Positions 1 through 11,211 of a stretch of 64,000 nucleotides of DNA are shown here, piece after piece. The notes under the pieces were generated by a model. That model saw only the letters and a list, made by a program, of their open reading frames with translations, had not been told where the DNA came from and did no database searches. Origin of the DNA: Laetmonice hystrix (Eukaryota); contig OZ249445.1 in the NCBI GenBank assembly GCA_965235115.1, positions 13,826,001-13,890,000 of the forward strand, in the 5' to 3' direction. The position numbers and the translations under genes are program-made. Position 1 is the stretch's first letter. Every line of letters starts with the position of its first letter.

Positions 1-1378
1 ATGTCTCCCACTGATGTTCATTAAGCCATTCCAAAAAATGTGCAAACAAATAAGTCTTGTCCCCTTTAAGTTAAAAACTCCATGAATTGAGGAGTATTTT
101 TGAATACAGGTCAAGAAGTCCGGTATCAGGCCCAAGGCGCAGGGCCCATCGGTACCCAAACATGAGCGTTAATCATTTCCTCACCCTTCGATGTCCCGTC
201 TTCCTCGTCGAAATGTCTTCACGGTGATTGCATACTTTCTACTTGTCAAATCCAACCACCATACACTGTCATCAATTCCTGATGCTATTGCAAATGTTAA
301 CTTGGTGTTCTTCAACTTACCTGAGACCTTTGGAGAACTTATGACATTGGGTCAAAATCATGGGGCTGGAAGAAGTTTCCAAGACACCAAGGGATGATTC
401 CCAAGGTCTACATGAGCGACTGGTGACATTCCAACACTTACCCAAGGATGAAACCATTTGGATGCACAATATCATAAGGTCAGTCACAGCAATCACATGA
501 GTCAACATCTCACAGGAATACAATAACTAGTTGTGTAGACAATTTCCACAACATTTCACCACCAAATCAGCTCACACTGCAACAGTTAACCCTTCAAGGG
601 ATTCACTCCGCCAAACTCGGCCATTACCGTTCAACCACATGGACTGTAGGAGGACGACTGTCCCAGAATACATTACTCCCAACGTAACAACACATGGGTC
701 CGACAAACTACAACAGTTCTCTCACTTCAACATTCCACTCTGGATACATATCAAGCTGTTACATACAAACGGGCCAAGCCCAGGCGGTCACATGACCCCG
801 ACTACGGCTCCCCCTGGCGGACACCTGACAGGTGCTGACACCCTGGCGGAAACTACCAGAACTAATATCTGGGGATCCAATCCACCGCTGGTGTCTTCAC
901 AGTCTTCCTCAGCACTCCATTTTCCGTTTTCTGTTTTCCGTCTCCTCTGAATGAGCAATACTTTACTTCAATAATAAAAGTCTGAATTAACTGGTCGGGT
1001 TTGCTAATCATCAAGTTACATGAGGAAAAAAATTCAAATATGATTTCAAATTCATAATTATAGAAAATTGAACTACACAACATCACAGAATGAAACGCAA
1101 AATTTCCATCACTTTTGTGCAATATGTAGGCCTAATACGTTAAAATTTACCATAAACCTTTGATACGGCAAATCTGACCAGCTTCACATCAAATATGACT
1201 GACATTCACTAGATTAAAATGATCTTTGAACACACTAGATTACATCCTTGCAAAGATTACATCCTTGGTTCATTAAAACCTACTGATCTACCTCTTCCTC
1301 TGAATACTGACTAAATATCCTACAATCATCCTTTGAATGCTGTCGATAGACGTTATTAATAATCCAAGAACCTCGACA

Positions 1379-1556
1379 CTGACTCAGAAGTTGACCTCAG
1401 CGGAGACACCTCAGTCTGATTTGAAACGAGCTTCTTACTTGACGTCAGCAGAGAGTCGGAGACACCTCGAGCGGTCTGATTTGAAGTGAGTTTCTGACTG
1501 ACTCAAAAGTTGACCTCAGCAGAGAATCGGAGACACCTCGGTCTGATTTGAAACTC
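1379..1556. repeat. Three degenerate ~50-60 bp direct repeats
   Basis: Core TTGACCTCAGC...CGGAGACACCTC..GTCTGATTTGAA recurs at ~1379, ~1438 and ~1498. Confidence 0.85.
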
Positions 1557-2645
1557 GTTCTAACCCAACTACAGTCAGAATGCAGGCAAGATTTCACTAA
1601 TAATATACATGTGCAAGTGTACACGGTCATCACGTATATTTCATAGATAAGCCCAGTCAAAAGTTTATTTCGGTTTCACATTTAAAGGTAAGAGGCTGAG
1701 GGCAATAGGTCTTGTACATAATGACCTTTCCAGTCTTGGCGACCTATCCAATAGCTGTCTGTTCCTTAGTGCTCACCCTATTGATAATGTTAGGGAGAGG
1801 CCCGAGGTAGACTAAAGTCTCTTTTTAAATAATTGCAAAAAGTTTGGTAAATGCACCAACAAACAACTTCTGTCCAATGATGACTAACAGGACAAGTGTG
1901 TCAGTGATCGAGTAATGGTTTTACGCCGTGCCAGAATCTAAGGCCATCTTCACGGCGAAAAGAGGGAGAAACTCCAACTGGACATGTACATACAGACATG
2001 CGGTGGACTTATACCCTCTGGGTCAGGGCTAATCAAAGCTAGATTCTTCTGGATTCTTCTCTTTTATCAAATATCTTACCGTATATCATGCACCAAGGCC
2101 AAGGGATCTTTTCACTATATATATCATTTTCACTTATTTCACCTATAACAACCTCCTCACCATTTCTTTCAGAATATTTTGCTCTCCTAAAACATTACCA
2201 GATTACCTCCTATAGATACATCTAGATACCGTTACCCTAATTTTTCTTGACAATCTCGAAAAGAAAATATATAATTTAAACTAGACCTAAACGAAATATC
2301 TTATTATAAATGCACTTTTTACTTTCTTATACTAGAAAGATCCTAAAACAATTTCACTGCAAACCTACACTACTGTCAAAACAACTGACCGATCAATTTT
2401 CTAATTGGTTTTTAGGTTGCGTTCCCCATAGTCGATGTTCCATGTCTTCCCCTTGTACACTTTACATCCCTTTTTACAATGAGTAGCTGACTTTTTCTTT
2501 CAGCAAGGTAAATTTAAGCCTATAGACTGGAAGAAAATAATGATCTGATAAAGTTAGAAGGCAGCAGGCTGCTTGGGCCACAGGTTGGGACGTCACGGCG
2601 AAAGTTTCTACACAGTTTGTCAGTGTGTTGTGGTGATGGCTCAGT

Positions 2646-2923
2646 GCACAGTTCGTCATGGCAACAGTTCGTCATGATGGCGGTTCAGGACACAGTTCGT
2701 CGTGATGACGGTTCAGGACACAGTTCGTCACGATGACGGTTCAGGACACAGTTCGTCGCAATGACGGTTCAGGACACAGTTCGTCGCGATGACGGTTCAG
2801 GACACAGTTCGTCGCAATGACGGTTCAGGACACAGTTCGTCATGATGACGGTTCAGGACACAGTTCGTCGTGATGACGGTTCCGGACACAGTTCGCTGTG
2901 GTGTTTTCAGGACACAGTTCGTC
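2646..2923. repeat. 28-bp minisatellite: 7 full units (2689-2884) plus degenerate flanking units
   Basis: Unit GACACAGTTCGTCNNNATGACGGTTCAG starts at 2689, 2717, 2745, 2773, 2801, 2829 and 2857. Confidence 0.97.
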
Positions 2924-5699
2924 CCAACCATTGCATCCCTGATCCAGATCTCGGTTCCCGATGCCACATGAAGTCTGTGATGAGGCAGCAGTCATCAACA
3001 CCTTGAAATGAACAATTAACTATCAACAAACATGTTTCACCAACTACAGAGAACAGCTCCATCATAAAAGAGAAATGTTTGTCAGGGTTTGCCTAATAAG
3101 TCTGCCAAGACGCCCGGGAAAACCACTTTAAAGTGCTGGTCTACCGGCACTTGTCTAGGCCTACTAGGTAAAACCTGGTGGGCAACCAGCCTGTAACAAG
3201 CAGTCACTATTCTCATTTCATCACAACTGAAGCACTACGTAAGTGCTCATTATGATGGGATGGTCAATGCCGCCATTTCGTGCCCTGCAGTGCTGGGCCA
3301 CCACCAGTCATTGTTGGACAACCAGGCTGCAAGTCTTGCTAGCCCACTGGGCAAACACCTACCAGTCAAACTTGGCAAGCACTGAGAGTACTTTCTTTTC
3401 AACCAAAGGTACCTTTACCTTTACATAATTTTCAAAATTCCATGAGAAATATTTTGTGTTTTATAGATGGCATAGGCTGATAGCTGACTATAAATTATTA
3501 TAATGGTCTGGAGAGGTGTATTCTTCACACTGCAGAAACAATAAAAATAATACATGTACATCATAGTGAGATGTTAAATGGAAAAAAATGGACAATGAAG
3601 TTTTCAGTCAATAAATGAGAAAATGATGCCAAGTTGATAATAAAGGCAAAGTTACCTCGGTTTAGAGTTGATGGCCGAGTTGTTAGCTGTGCATCTTCCC
3701 AGCGAACAATTCTTCACAATGGGCTCTCCTCTCAGCAAATCGTTCTTCACTCCTGGCTATCTTCCTTGCAAGTACTTATGATATCAACTTCTCCCCTGGC
3801 CAACTTCTAGGGGAGTAGTTCCTCACTGCTGTCCATCTTCCCAGAGTTGTTATTCACTTATGGATATCTCCCAAGCCAGTAGTTCTTCACTCCTGACCTC
3901 TATCCTGGCAAATAGTTCTTCAGCTCTTCTCTTCAACATGAGGTCATCTAGGATGTTTTTTCTCCCCTTCCTCTGCTGCAACTTCCAACATCTGACGGGT
4001 GGGCGTGTGTGATCTATAAAGATATAACGATGTAAACAATATAGACTTTTCCTTCCAGAATAGTTTTAAGCAGGATCCTAAGATCCTCTGTTCTTGCTTG
4101 TATGAGGGTTAGGAAAACATTTGCCTCCCCCCCCCCCCCCCTTCAAATTGGTTTTCACATGGAGACAGCTTGAGGTGACATAAATTGCTCAAGCTCACAG
4201 CTTTAGCTAAATACATTGCATTGCAGGTGAAACCACAACCCTGTTACAAGCTATTGACCAACACCTGATAAGTCACACTGATGAGCTTGAGGCAATTCCC
4301 GGTCCACTAAAGCCAAAAAACAAATGTCAAAAGCAATTTCTTCCATATCTATTAATGAAACCATCTGATAGAGACCACTCTCTGCATCAATAGACAGAAA
4401 TATATACAAGGTCCAGAAAAAGAATAACCTGGAGTTCAAACAATCACCAATGGCATCTCAACAGAGCACCACTCCACTTATCTTGGACATCTGGCAATAT
4501 GCCCTAAAGTACCATCTTTACTGTTTCTACACTAACACAACCAGACAGCATGGTGTACTGGTTCATCCCCGAATGTGGCACCTCAGTCGAGAGCACCATG
4601 GCATAGACTGAGTCACAGTAATGTCACCTGGCAGTTGTGGTGTGGTACTTTCTCTCACTCACTTGGGAGCGACTCTGAGAGTGTCTTCCCTTAGGCTCGC
4701 CGCTTAGTGTTGGAGTGAGGAACCTCACTTCTGGTGTCAGGTCTACAGTGTTAAAGGAGAAGTCCAGTCAAAAATCACATTTGCGATTTGGACAGCTGCA
4801 ACACCGCAAAGTCTATCGAAAGATTATGTCCCTTTAGGCTTTACTTTAGTTTAGGCATAGACCTACACTGAATAATCTACGTCTATGCTATGGTAACCCT
4901 TTCGAGCCCTGCTGGCGATTGTCTAAAAATAAAATTAACACTAACAGTCACGTGGAGGGCAATTAACCCGTCACCTGAACTCGCCCTGCTGGCTAGGCCT
5001 ATTTCATTTAACGTTAGGCTTAAGTCGTTAAGTTAGGGGCCTATACTATAACTTGTTAGGCTGCATAGGCCTACAGCAGCCTGAGCAGGGCTAGTTAAAT
5101 TTCTACTTTTAAACAGGACTGTGCATCAGATCAGTTCTTATCACTATTTTAAGCCCCCTAGCCTAGAGTCCTACGTCTACGACTAGATTTTTCTAGGCCT
5201 AACCGTACGTTATACTTAACGTAGTACTTAGACTTCACTTAGTCTTAGTAAGTTAGTACAGTAGTACTACTAGTACTAGTAGTAGTAGTCTAACTTATAT
5301 ATACGTTATCAGGTTATACCTCGAAGTCTAACGTTAGGCCTAGATCTACTTATAAAAATAAATTAAAATTAGGCCTAAAAAATCGGCGGCTGACGTGTCT
5401 TAATCGAATGCCAGTGAAAATGTCCCCATGCAAGGACGTACCTACTAACCTAGCCTAAGTGAAAACGTCCCCAACCACCACCGGTCATGTCCGCCCCTCG
5501 GCATGCTCCCGGCCCGCTGATCCACTGCCGGGCACTGGTTGGAAAATGTTACCGGTACTTTGGTACTTTGTACTGTCGAAGGCCGATGTCATGAAATGTG
5601 TTCCGCGAGGAGGACCTTCGCCCCTCTTGTATTGGTCGGTATTTAGCGGCGTACCTTGTTTTTTTTTATGAATTAGGCGGTTTAACATACCGGACAAAT

Positions 5700-5900
5700 T
5701 TGCCAACTTTATAACTTCTCAAATCCACCGGGCAACGCCGCTTGGTGAAGTACCCGGATATGACGTCATCGGTTGGCGCCATCTTGCGGCTCAGTCGCGA
5801 AGCATTTGAGTGGGCATTTCACTTCTCGCGACCCACCGACCCGACCGCTCCCCCTTTCTCATGCTCCCACGCAGTAGGCCTATATCTGCAGGAAATCCAA
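5700..5900 (-). promoter_or_regulatory. CpG-rich housekeeping-type promoter / first exon
   Basis: CRE TGACGTCA 5761-5768 next to ETS-like CCGGAT 5754-5759; YY1-type CAAGATGGCG (minus strand) 5777-5786; TCTCGCGA 5824-5831; high CpG density from about 5380 to 6130. Confidence 0.7.
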
Positions 5901-7349
5901 ATCATCATTTCAACCTGACTCTTAACTCCCTATTGACACGCGATAAGCATTATTTCGTTCGTCATTATGAACGTTTGAAGTGCCGCATCGAAGCGAAGTT
6001 CCGCCGTTTTGACGTGGAACTCAATATTAAGTTCAGTGTTATAACGATGGATGGCAGCACCATATTCAGAGCCATCAGTGGCCGCCTGTGGCGCTACGGT
6101 CGGTTGTCAAAGCGTAGGCTTTTTTTTTTGCCGTCTGTGCGTCGGCACTTCAAACAGCAATAAGGACGAACATAACTATCATATATCAAGCAGGGAAAGT
6201 CTGAAATGATCATAATATTTTAGTAGAGTTATAGATTGCAAGAGAATCTCCAACTAATCCGTGTTTTGGCGAACTCGGCTAGGCCTAGTCCATGCCCATG
6301 CCATAGTTATCAAAATTTCCGCCAGCAGGCGCTGCCGCATCTCGACCGTGTGGCCCATGCCGTCGATGGTAGACAGGGTCATCTTGTCCAAATCAAGGGT
6401 GTAGCCAGGGGTTGTCTGGGTTGCCTGGCACCCCCCTTTAAAAAAAACATAATTAAATAACTAAATAGATCTAAATGATTGAATAATTATAGGGGTTATA
6501 AGGACCCGGGCTGTGGATAGGGTAGGGGTTTGGGTATGGACCCGGGTTGAGGATTAGGGTACGGTAGGGGTTAGGGTAATAATAGCATCATCACGGCACG
6601 CCATGGCCGAAAAATATGATAGGCCATATCGTCACAATGTACAAACCCAATACAGGTCACTCTTACTTTAGTCAATTTAATCTATACATTCCCTGGAATC
6701 AAAAATTATCCTCTTAAATACAAATCATAGGATTTATTGTATGCGAAATGTAGAACCAAGTTTTCTGTACTCTGCTCACCTCCTCGTTCAAAGCGCAGTG
6801 AAATATGAAGATAAGCTCTCAGGATGTTTTCAGTGTATTGGTGGTGCTTATTACAAGAATAGTGAATAATTGCGTTATGGTAAAACGCCGGCAAACAATC
6901 GATTTCAGCTTTACTCATTGTGCTGATGTCTTTTGTCTGGCTGGGAAAAAAGAATGAATTTATGCAACAGACGGCTCTTCATGCTTTAAAATAAGGGGAA
7001 ATACAACAGTCGGTTCTCCATGCGATCTATTCATTACAAATAGGAATTCTCCGAAGAATATAATATAATATGTCCTTATATGACATTAATGATGAAGCCA
7101 TGTTTTATATGTTCGCGACATAGATGTCCATCGTGAGCGTTGATGATAGGCTCTAGACTAATGGGGGGGGGGGGGGACCCTAACAAATGCGTCAACAGGA
7201 ATCATTGCAGGAAAATGTACACGAAAATTAGAAACGAATGGCCCATGACCTACATACCTGGCGAGGCATTGAGCCTACTACTGGTATCATAGGAGTAAAC
7301 CCCAAACATCTTGATAACGAGTCGAACAATAGTTTTATACAAAGCAACT

Positions 7350-7355
7350 TTTATT
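7350..7355 (-). terminator. Candidate polyadenylation signal AATAAA for delta-catenin (implies a ~3.7 kb 3'UTR); another AATAAA lies at 10008-10013
   Basis: Plus-strand tttatt, followed on the minus strand by GT/T-rich sequence; transcript end not verified. Confidence 0.35.
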
Positions 7356-10300
7356 GTCCAAACACACATTCGTGTCATTCATATCAGATTATTGATACCT
7401 TTCTATGTAGACATGGTAGATGATCTGTTAGATGTAGTACTGTTTAAACCACAGGCTCCAGTAGACTGGTTCAGTTGTATTGTGCTTTGATTTCAGCCAC
7501 CACCTGGTGATGAGAAGAGGAACTACGGTCCGTAGTCCACTGTCCGCCAACAGTGTAAACTTGTCTAAGGTATAAGGCAGTGGTTTGATAAAAGGAGTGA
7601 AATTAAAAACTGCGCAGCTAGTTTGTCATCCACATAAATGTATCACATGTATTTTCTAATATGGATTTTGTTTGTAGTTCTCTTTCTTGACAATTAACAT
7701 TCTGCACCCATAGTACACGATCAGTAAAATATAAAACCAGGCGTAGGCCTACAGGGCATCCCACGTCATGATCTGACCCACAAAATCTGGTCTGGTACCC
7801 GCCATGGGTTGTAGAGAGTATTTCCTGGTGACCACCAGACTATATCTGGCTATCTCTGGTTCTCAGTCTTACACACCTCTCTTCCTGCCGTCGATCTGCA
7901 ATGTCAGTGTGTCTCATGGTTAATGTAGTTTACCTCCATGGCCGAGAGATCTCTATACACACGACGCTGGGGTAGAACTGGATAGGTGTGATATCTCGTC
8001 TCCTAATGTCCGCCTTGTCTTCGCGGGGTGAGAAGGTTTGTTCCATGGCTGACAGGGGCCTACTTATGACCACACAGGACGGAATGGCAGGTCTTTCACT
8101 TGCCGCTGTTGTAAATCAGTTTAAAATTTAGGTATTAGATGGTTTGGGAACTGTTATTGGCAACAATCTCAGGACTTTGTGAACGCCCGCCTCGTGCCCC
8201 ATGAGTGGTTGGCCTAATATCTCGATTACTTCCAGGGATTGTGGCAACAAAATGTGCCACGGGAGACTGAGAGGCTGGGTCCGCCATTCCAGGCACTTAT
8301 GTTGCTTAATTTGGGAAGAAAGAATTTGGAAAGCAAATGAAGGTTGACATGAAGGGTGTGATGACGGTAAGATGGACAATTTGTTGGTTTGCAGCAGGAC
8401 ACATTATCTTCTGCCAGCAGCGTGTCTAACCACAACTCATTCTTCACGCAGACGTTGAGCATTGTTTCTTAATCTACCTTCACGTGGGACTTTCTAAAAT
8501 TACAGCTCTAACATTTCAGCTGCTTCTGCACTTGCACGCAATTATCATGTTACTCCTCCTTTCAATGACTCATGCCTACAAAATGCTCTCAGATCTCCTC
8601 AACTCCTACTGGGGCCGGCGTACAGATCGGGCTTCTCAACACCTTGTCAGCTGGTCACAAAATATTTCTCTGATGAGCCGAAAGGGTATCCTGACTTCCC
8701 GAAAACAACTTGACCATCTCTGTGTTAATCCATTTCTGTTAATAATTTATCACCTTCTTTTCACTTTCTTACTTTTAAAAAACCTCGACGGACAATGCCT
8801 CCTCCCCCTGACTAACATCAGTAAAACTTATCCAATTACCTTACCAGTCCGTCTTTTCAAGATAGTTATTGAAGAAAGAGGAGGAAATAAAAAAAGACTT
8901 TGATCTTAAGAAACTTTTCAACATTTCTTCAATGCATTCACCAGTTACAAAATATTAAGTACTACCATACGATCTATTTACAGGCATACATACTGCAACC
9001 CATATCGCTGTGCTCAGACTGTGCCGTTACATAGTTTACATAGTCACAGTACATAGGTACTATCCCACAGCATCTGTGCACGGGTGTCTTTTTCATACAA
9101 AATAGAAGCTATCCTAATTCGTCTACACCTTGTACAAACTAATAATGGCATGTGGATATAATGTACTATTCCCATTTGGACAAAAGTCTTCCAGGACATG
9201 CATACACGAATTCAACTTCTATTTTGACGGGAGATGAAATTTACATTACAATAGACTGTTCTGCCTATACGTGGGGGTTGGACTGCCGAACGTTCCACTT
9301 CACATGATTAAGTTTCGGCTGACAGAACTCAGTTGACTTGTGATAAACTAAAATAGACTTCATATATCATGGATAATACGTATGGTGTGAGAATATTCTA
9401 CAGTCATAACATAGTTCATGTATGGACAGCTGTTGTATGAAAAGGATCTTTGCTTTGGTTCCAGGCTGCAAGCGTCATTGTCGCTTTCTCTCAAAGATTT
9501 TCCCGATTACACAGACCGGCACGAAGGGTGATGACCAGCGGTCCCTCTGACATGGGAAATCCTGACTGTGATGTCAGTATCAGCGAGCGGCTGTCTGGTT
9601 GGCCCACCACGCCACCAACCACATTGAACCACCATTAGATATTGAGCCATGGCAGCCACTACAGACGAACGCCTTCACGTCACCAGTTGCGCTCAGTCTA
9701 AGTAGAGGCCCCCAACCTCGCCGGGCGGGCGCGTGTAATGTGTAAAAAGTACATCGGAAACATTGGCCCCCTTTAGTACATGTATCCAGCGCCAGGGGGC
9801 CCTGTAGGGACTGTTTCTCACTCGTGTGCATTGATTGAATCAGTGTGTTACGTGCTACAAATCACAACCGATTCGATGATGTGGCAGTATGTTTTCAATT
9901 ATGGGACAATCTGCAAACTCTATGATGATCCTGTGCAGCACATAAAACACCTCACAGTATGCTGTTTGGTGACGATCATCGATGCTGGGTGTGAACTCCT
10001 GTTCACTTTTATTTTTCTCTGCTGTAACACGTTAGTTCATTCTCTGTGTTACAACCCGCTACACGTCCCAGGTAAGTCTGTACTAATAAGTCTGCTATAT
10101 GAACAGATTAAGTGTTAATATAAGAAGTGTTACCTGGTTTAAGAACCAGTCATACCAAGGACATGGTGCACAATAAATCCGGTGGTCTGACAGTAACCCA
10201 CTTCAAGGATGATACAATGGTGTGTATGTCTGTAATTGTCTTCTTGAATTCTTCACCAATCTGGTGGTTGTACAGTGTCATCTACACAATGGTACATGTA

Positions 10301-11073
10301 TATGTATAAGTTATATATTTGTACTGGTGGAAGAACAGCAGACCTGCCAGTTTGTCTCTTTCCTCGGCAGAGGTTTCTTCTCATGATGATGAAGCAGATT
10401 TGCGGCCGGAGGTCCTGTTTATCAACATGTGCAGTAAGAGTCCAAGTGTCTGGAAGCGTGCCCTACGTTCCATACTGAGGAGAGCCAACCCGTGCTCAGG
10501 CAGGCCACCTGGTGGCCACAATTAGAGAGCTCCCTGGGGCTGTGTTCTCCAGTGCCCTGTCAGCACTGATTCTGCTGTTTTACTGACTACCAGCTCATAT
10601 TCCCAACATTCAACTGGACCTGTTCCAACTCAAGCCCTGTTAACAACGCAACTTTTGAGCCTCTTCTCTCGAGGGCTCCTGTCAACAATGATTAAGTTAT
10701 TCCACTGACGACACCATATTTACTCCATAATTTGTCTGACAATTCCATTATCTGTACACTCCCTTTCTCGCTCGCCGATATTAATCCATCCCGTACATCC
10801 ATGTATCCATGGCCTTGTTATGGATTCATCAAGAGAAAGAAACTGGCTTCTGCCAGTTCACTATTATCTCGAGAATGAGCCAACTTGAGCGCTGAACGTA
10901 CCACAGCATATTTTCCTGTTTTATCACTTGTAAATGCTGCACCATACTACTGCCTCCTGGTGTCACCATGGAGAAGCACCACGTACACATCAGCGCCTCC
11001 TAGGGACATTGTGTTGACTAAATTCCACGGAAGATCCAGTTGTTGCTGCTGCTGTAGCAGCCTGGGCAGACGT

Positions 11074-11211
11074 CTATACCCAGGAGTCAGCCCCACCCTC
11101 TGGCTGGCTTGTGTCTAACATCATACCGTCCTGTCGACGTTTTCCTTGTTTGTTAACCTGGGCATAAAGTGGTTCCCGTGAATCCACCTGAGGCTGGGGT
11201 TGCTGGCTTCC
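11074..11211 (-). CDS. CTNND2: Terminal coding exon 21 ([45 protein letters not shown])
   Basis: gtgactttcag|, 138 nt including TAG; ends in the class I PDZ-binding DSWV typical of delta-catenin/PKP4/ARVCF. Confidence 0.95.
   Translation of the reverse strand, partial: GSQQPQPQVDSREPLYAQVNKQGKRRQDGMMLDTSQPEGGADSWV

Larger units (their letters stand above)
321..5782 (-). ncRNA. Putative multi-exon lncRNA / short-ORF transcript (candidate exons 5691-5782+, 4663-4742, 3656-4013, 2390-3001, 1292-1568, 442/321-946); may continue beyond the window start
   Basis: Consistent minus-strand splice sites (CG|gtatgt, ctttaacactgtag|, CAA|gtgagt, tctttatag|, GAG|gtaact, catttcaag|, TCG|gtcagt, GAG|gtagat, ctcattcag|, TGG|gtaagt, CAG|gtaagt) downstream of a CpG-rich promoter; the exons I translated hit early stops. 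Confidence 0.5.

Noticed and set aside
531-950. 139-aa plus-strand ORF
   Set aside because: No recognisable motif; it lies antisense to a candidate non-coding exon and is probably spurious.
1575-1632. Second C/D-like pair (GTGATGA...CTGA)
   Set aside because: It is too short, abuts the splice acceptor and has no terminal stem.
2646-2923. CRISPR-like repeat array
   Set aside because: The repeats are contiguous with no unique spacers, the context is eukaryotic and there are no cas genes; it is a minisatellite.
3082-3224. C/D-box snoRNA candidate (minus-strand GTGATGA ... CTGA about 80 nt upstream of a 3' splice site), which would make the left-hand transcript a snoRNA host
   Set aside because: At 143 nt it is long, the terminal stem is only ~3 bp, and I could recognise no rRNA-complementary guide next to the D box. 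snoscan/Infernal would settle it.
4750-4840. TTAAAGG...CCTTTA termini suggesting a Kolobok-type MITE (similar ends near 60-69, 25342 and 54611)
   Set aside because: Only a few terminal bases match, and I could not establish TIR pairs or TSDs.
5810-6163. 117-aa plus-strand ORF suggesting a divergent gene
   Set aside because: It starts with GTG, has no recognisable domain, and I saw no downstream plus-strand exons to support it.
7790-8900. GC-richer block with several 78-139 aa ORFs (possible LINE remnant or separate gene)
   Set aside because: I could recognise no RT, endonuclease or other domain motif in the frames I checked; it is probably 3'UTR or intergenic DNA.
10502-10517. Palindromic CTCF-like motif GGCCACCTGGTGGCC
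   Set aside because: A single partial motif match in a 3'UTR is not enough without ChIP data.
10990-11073. 27-codon open extension after the delta-catenin TAG (possible readthrough masking the PDZ motif)
   Set aside because: The TAG-A context is not a known leaky stop, and this length is within chance.
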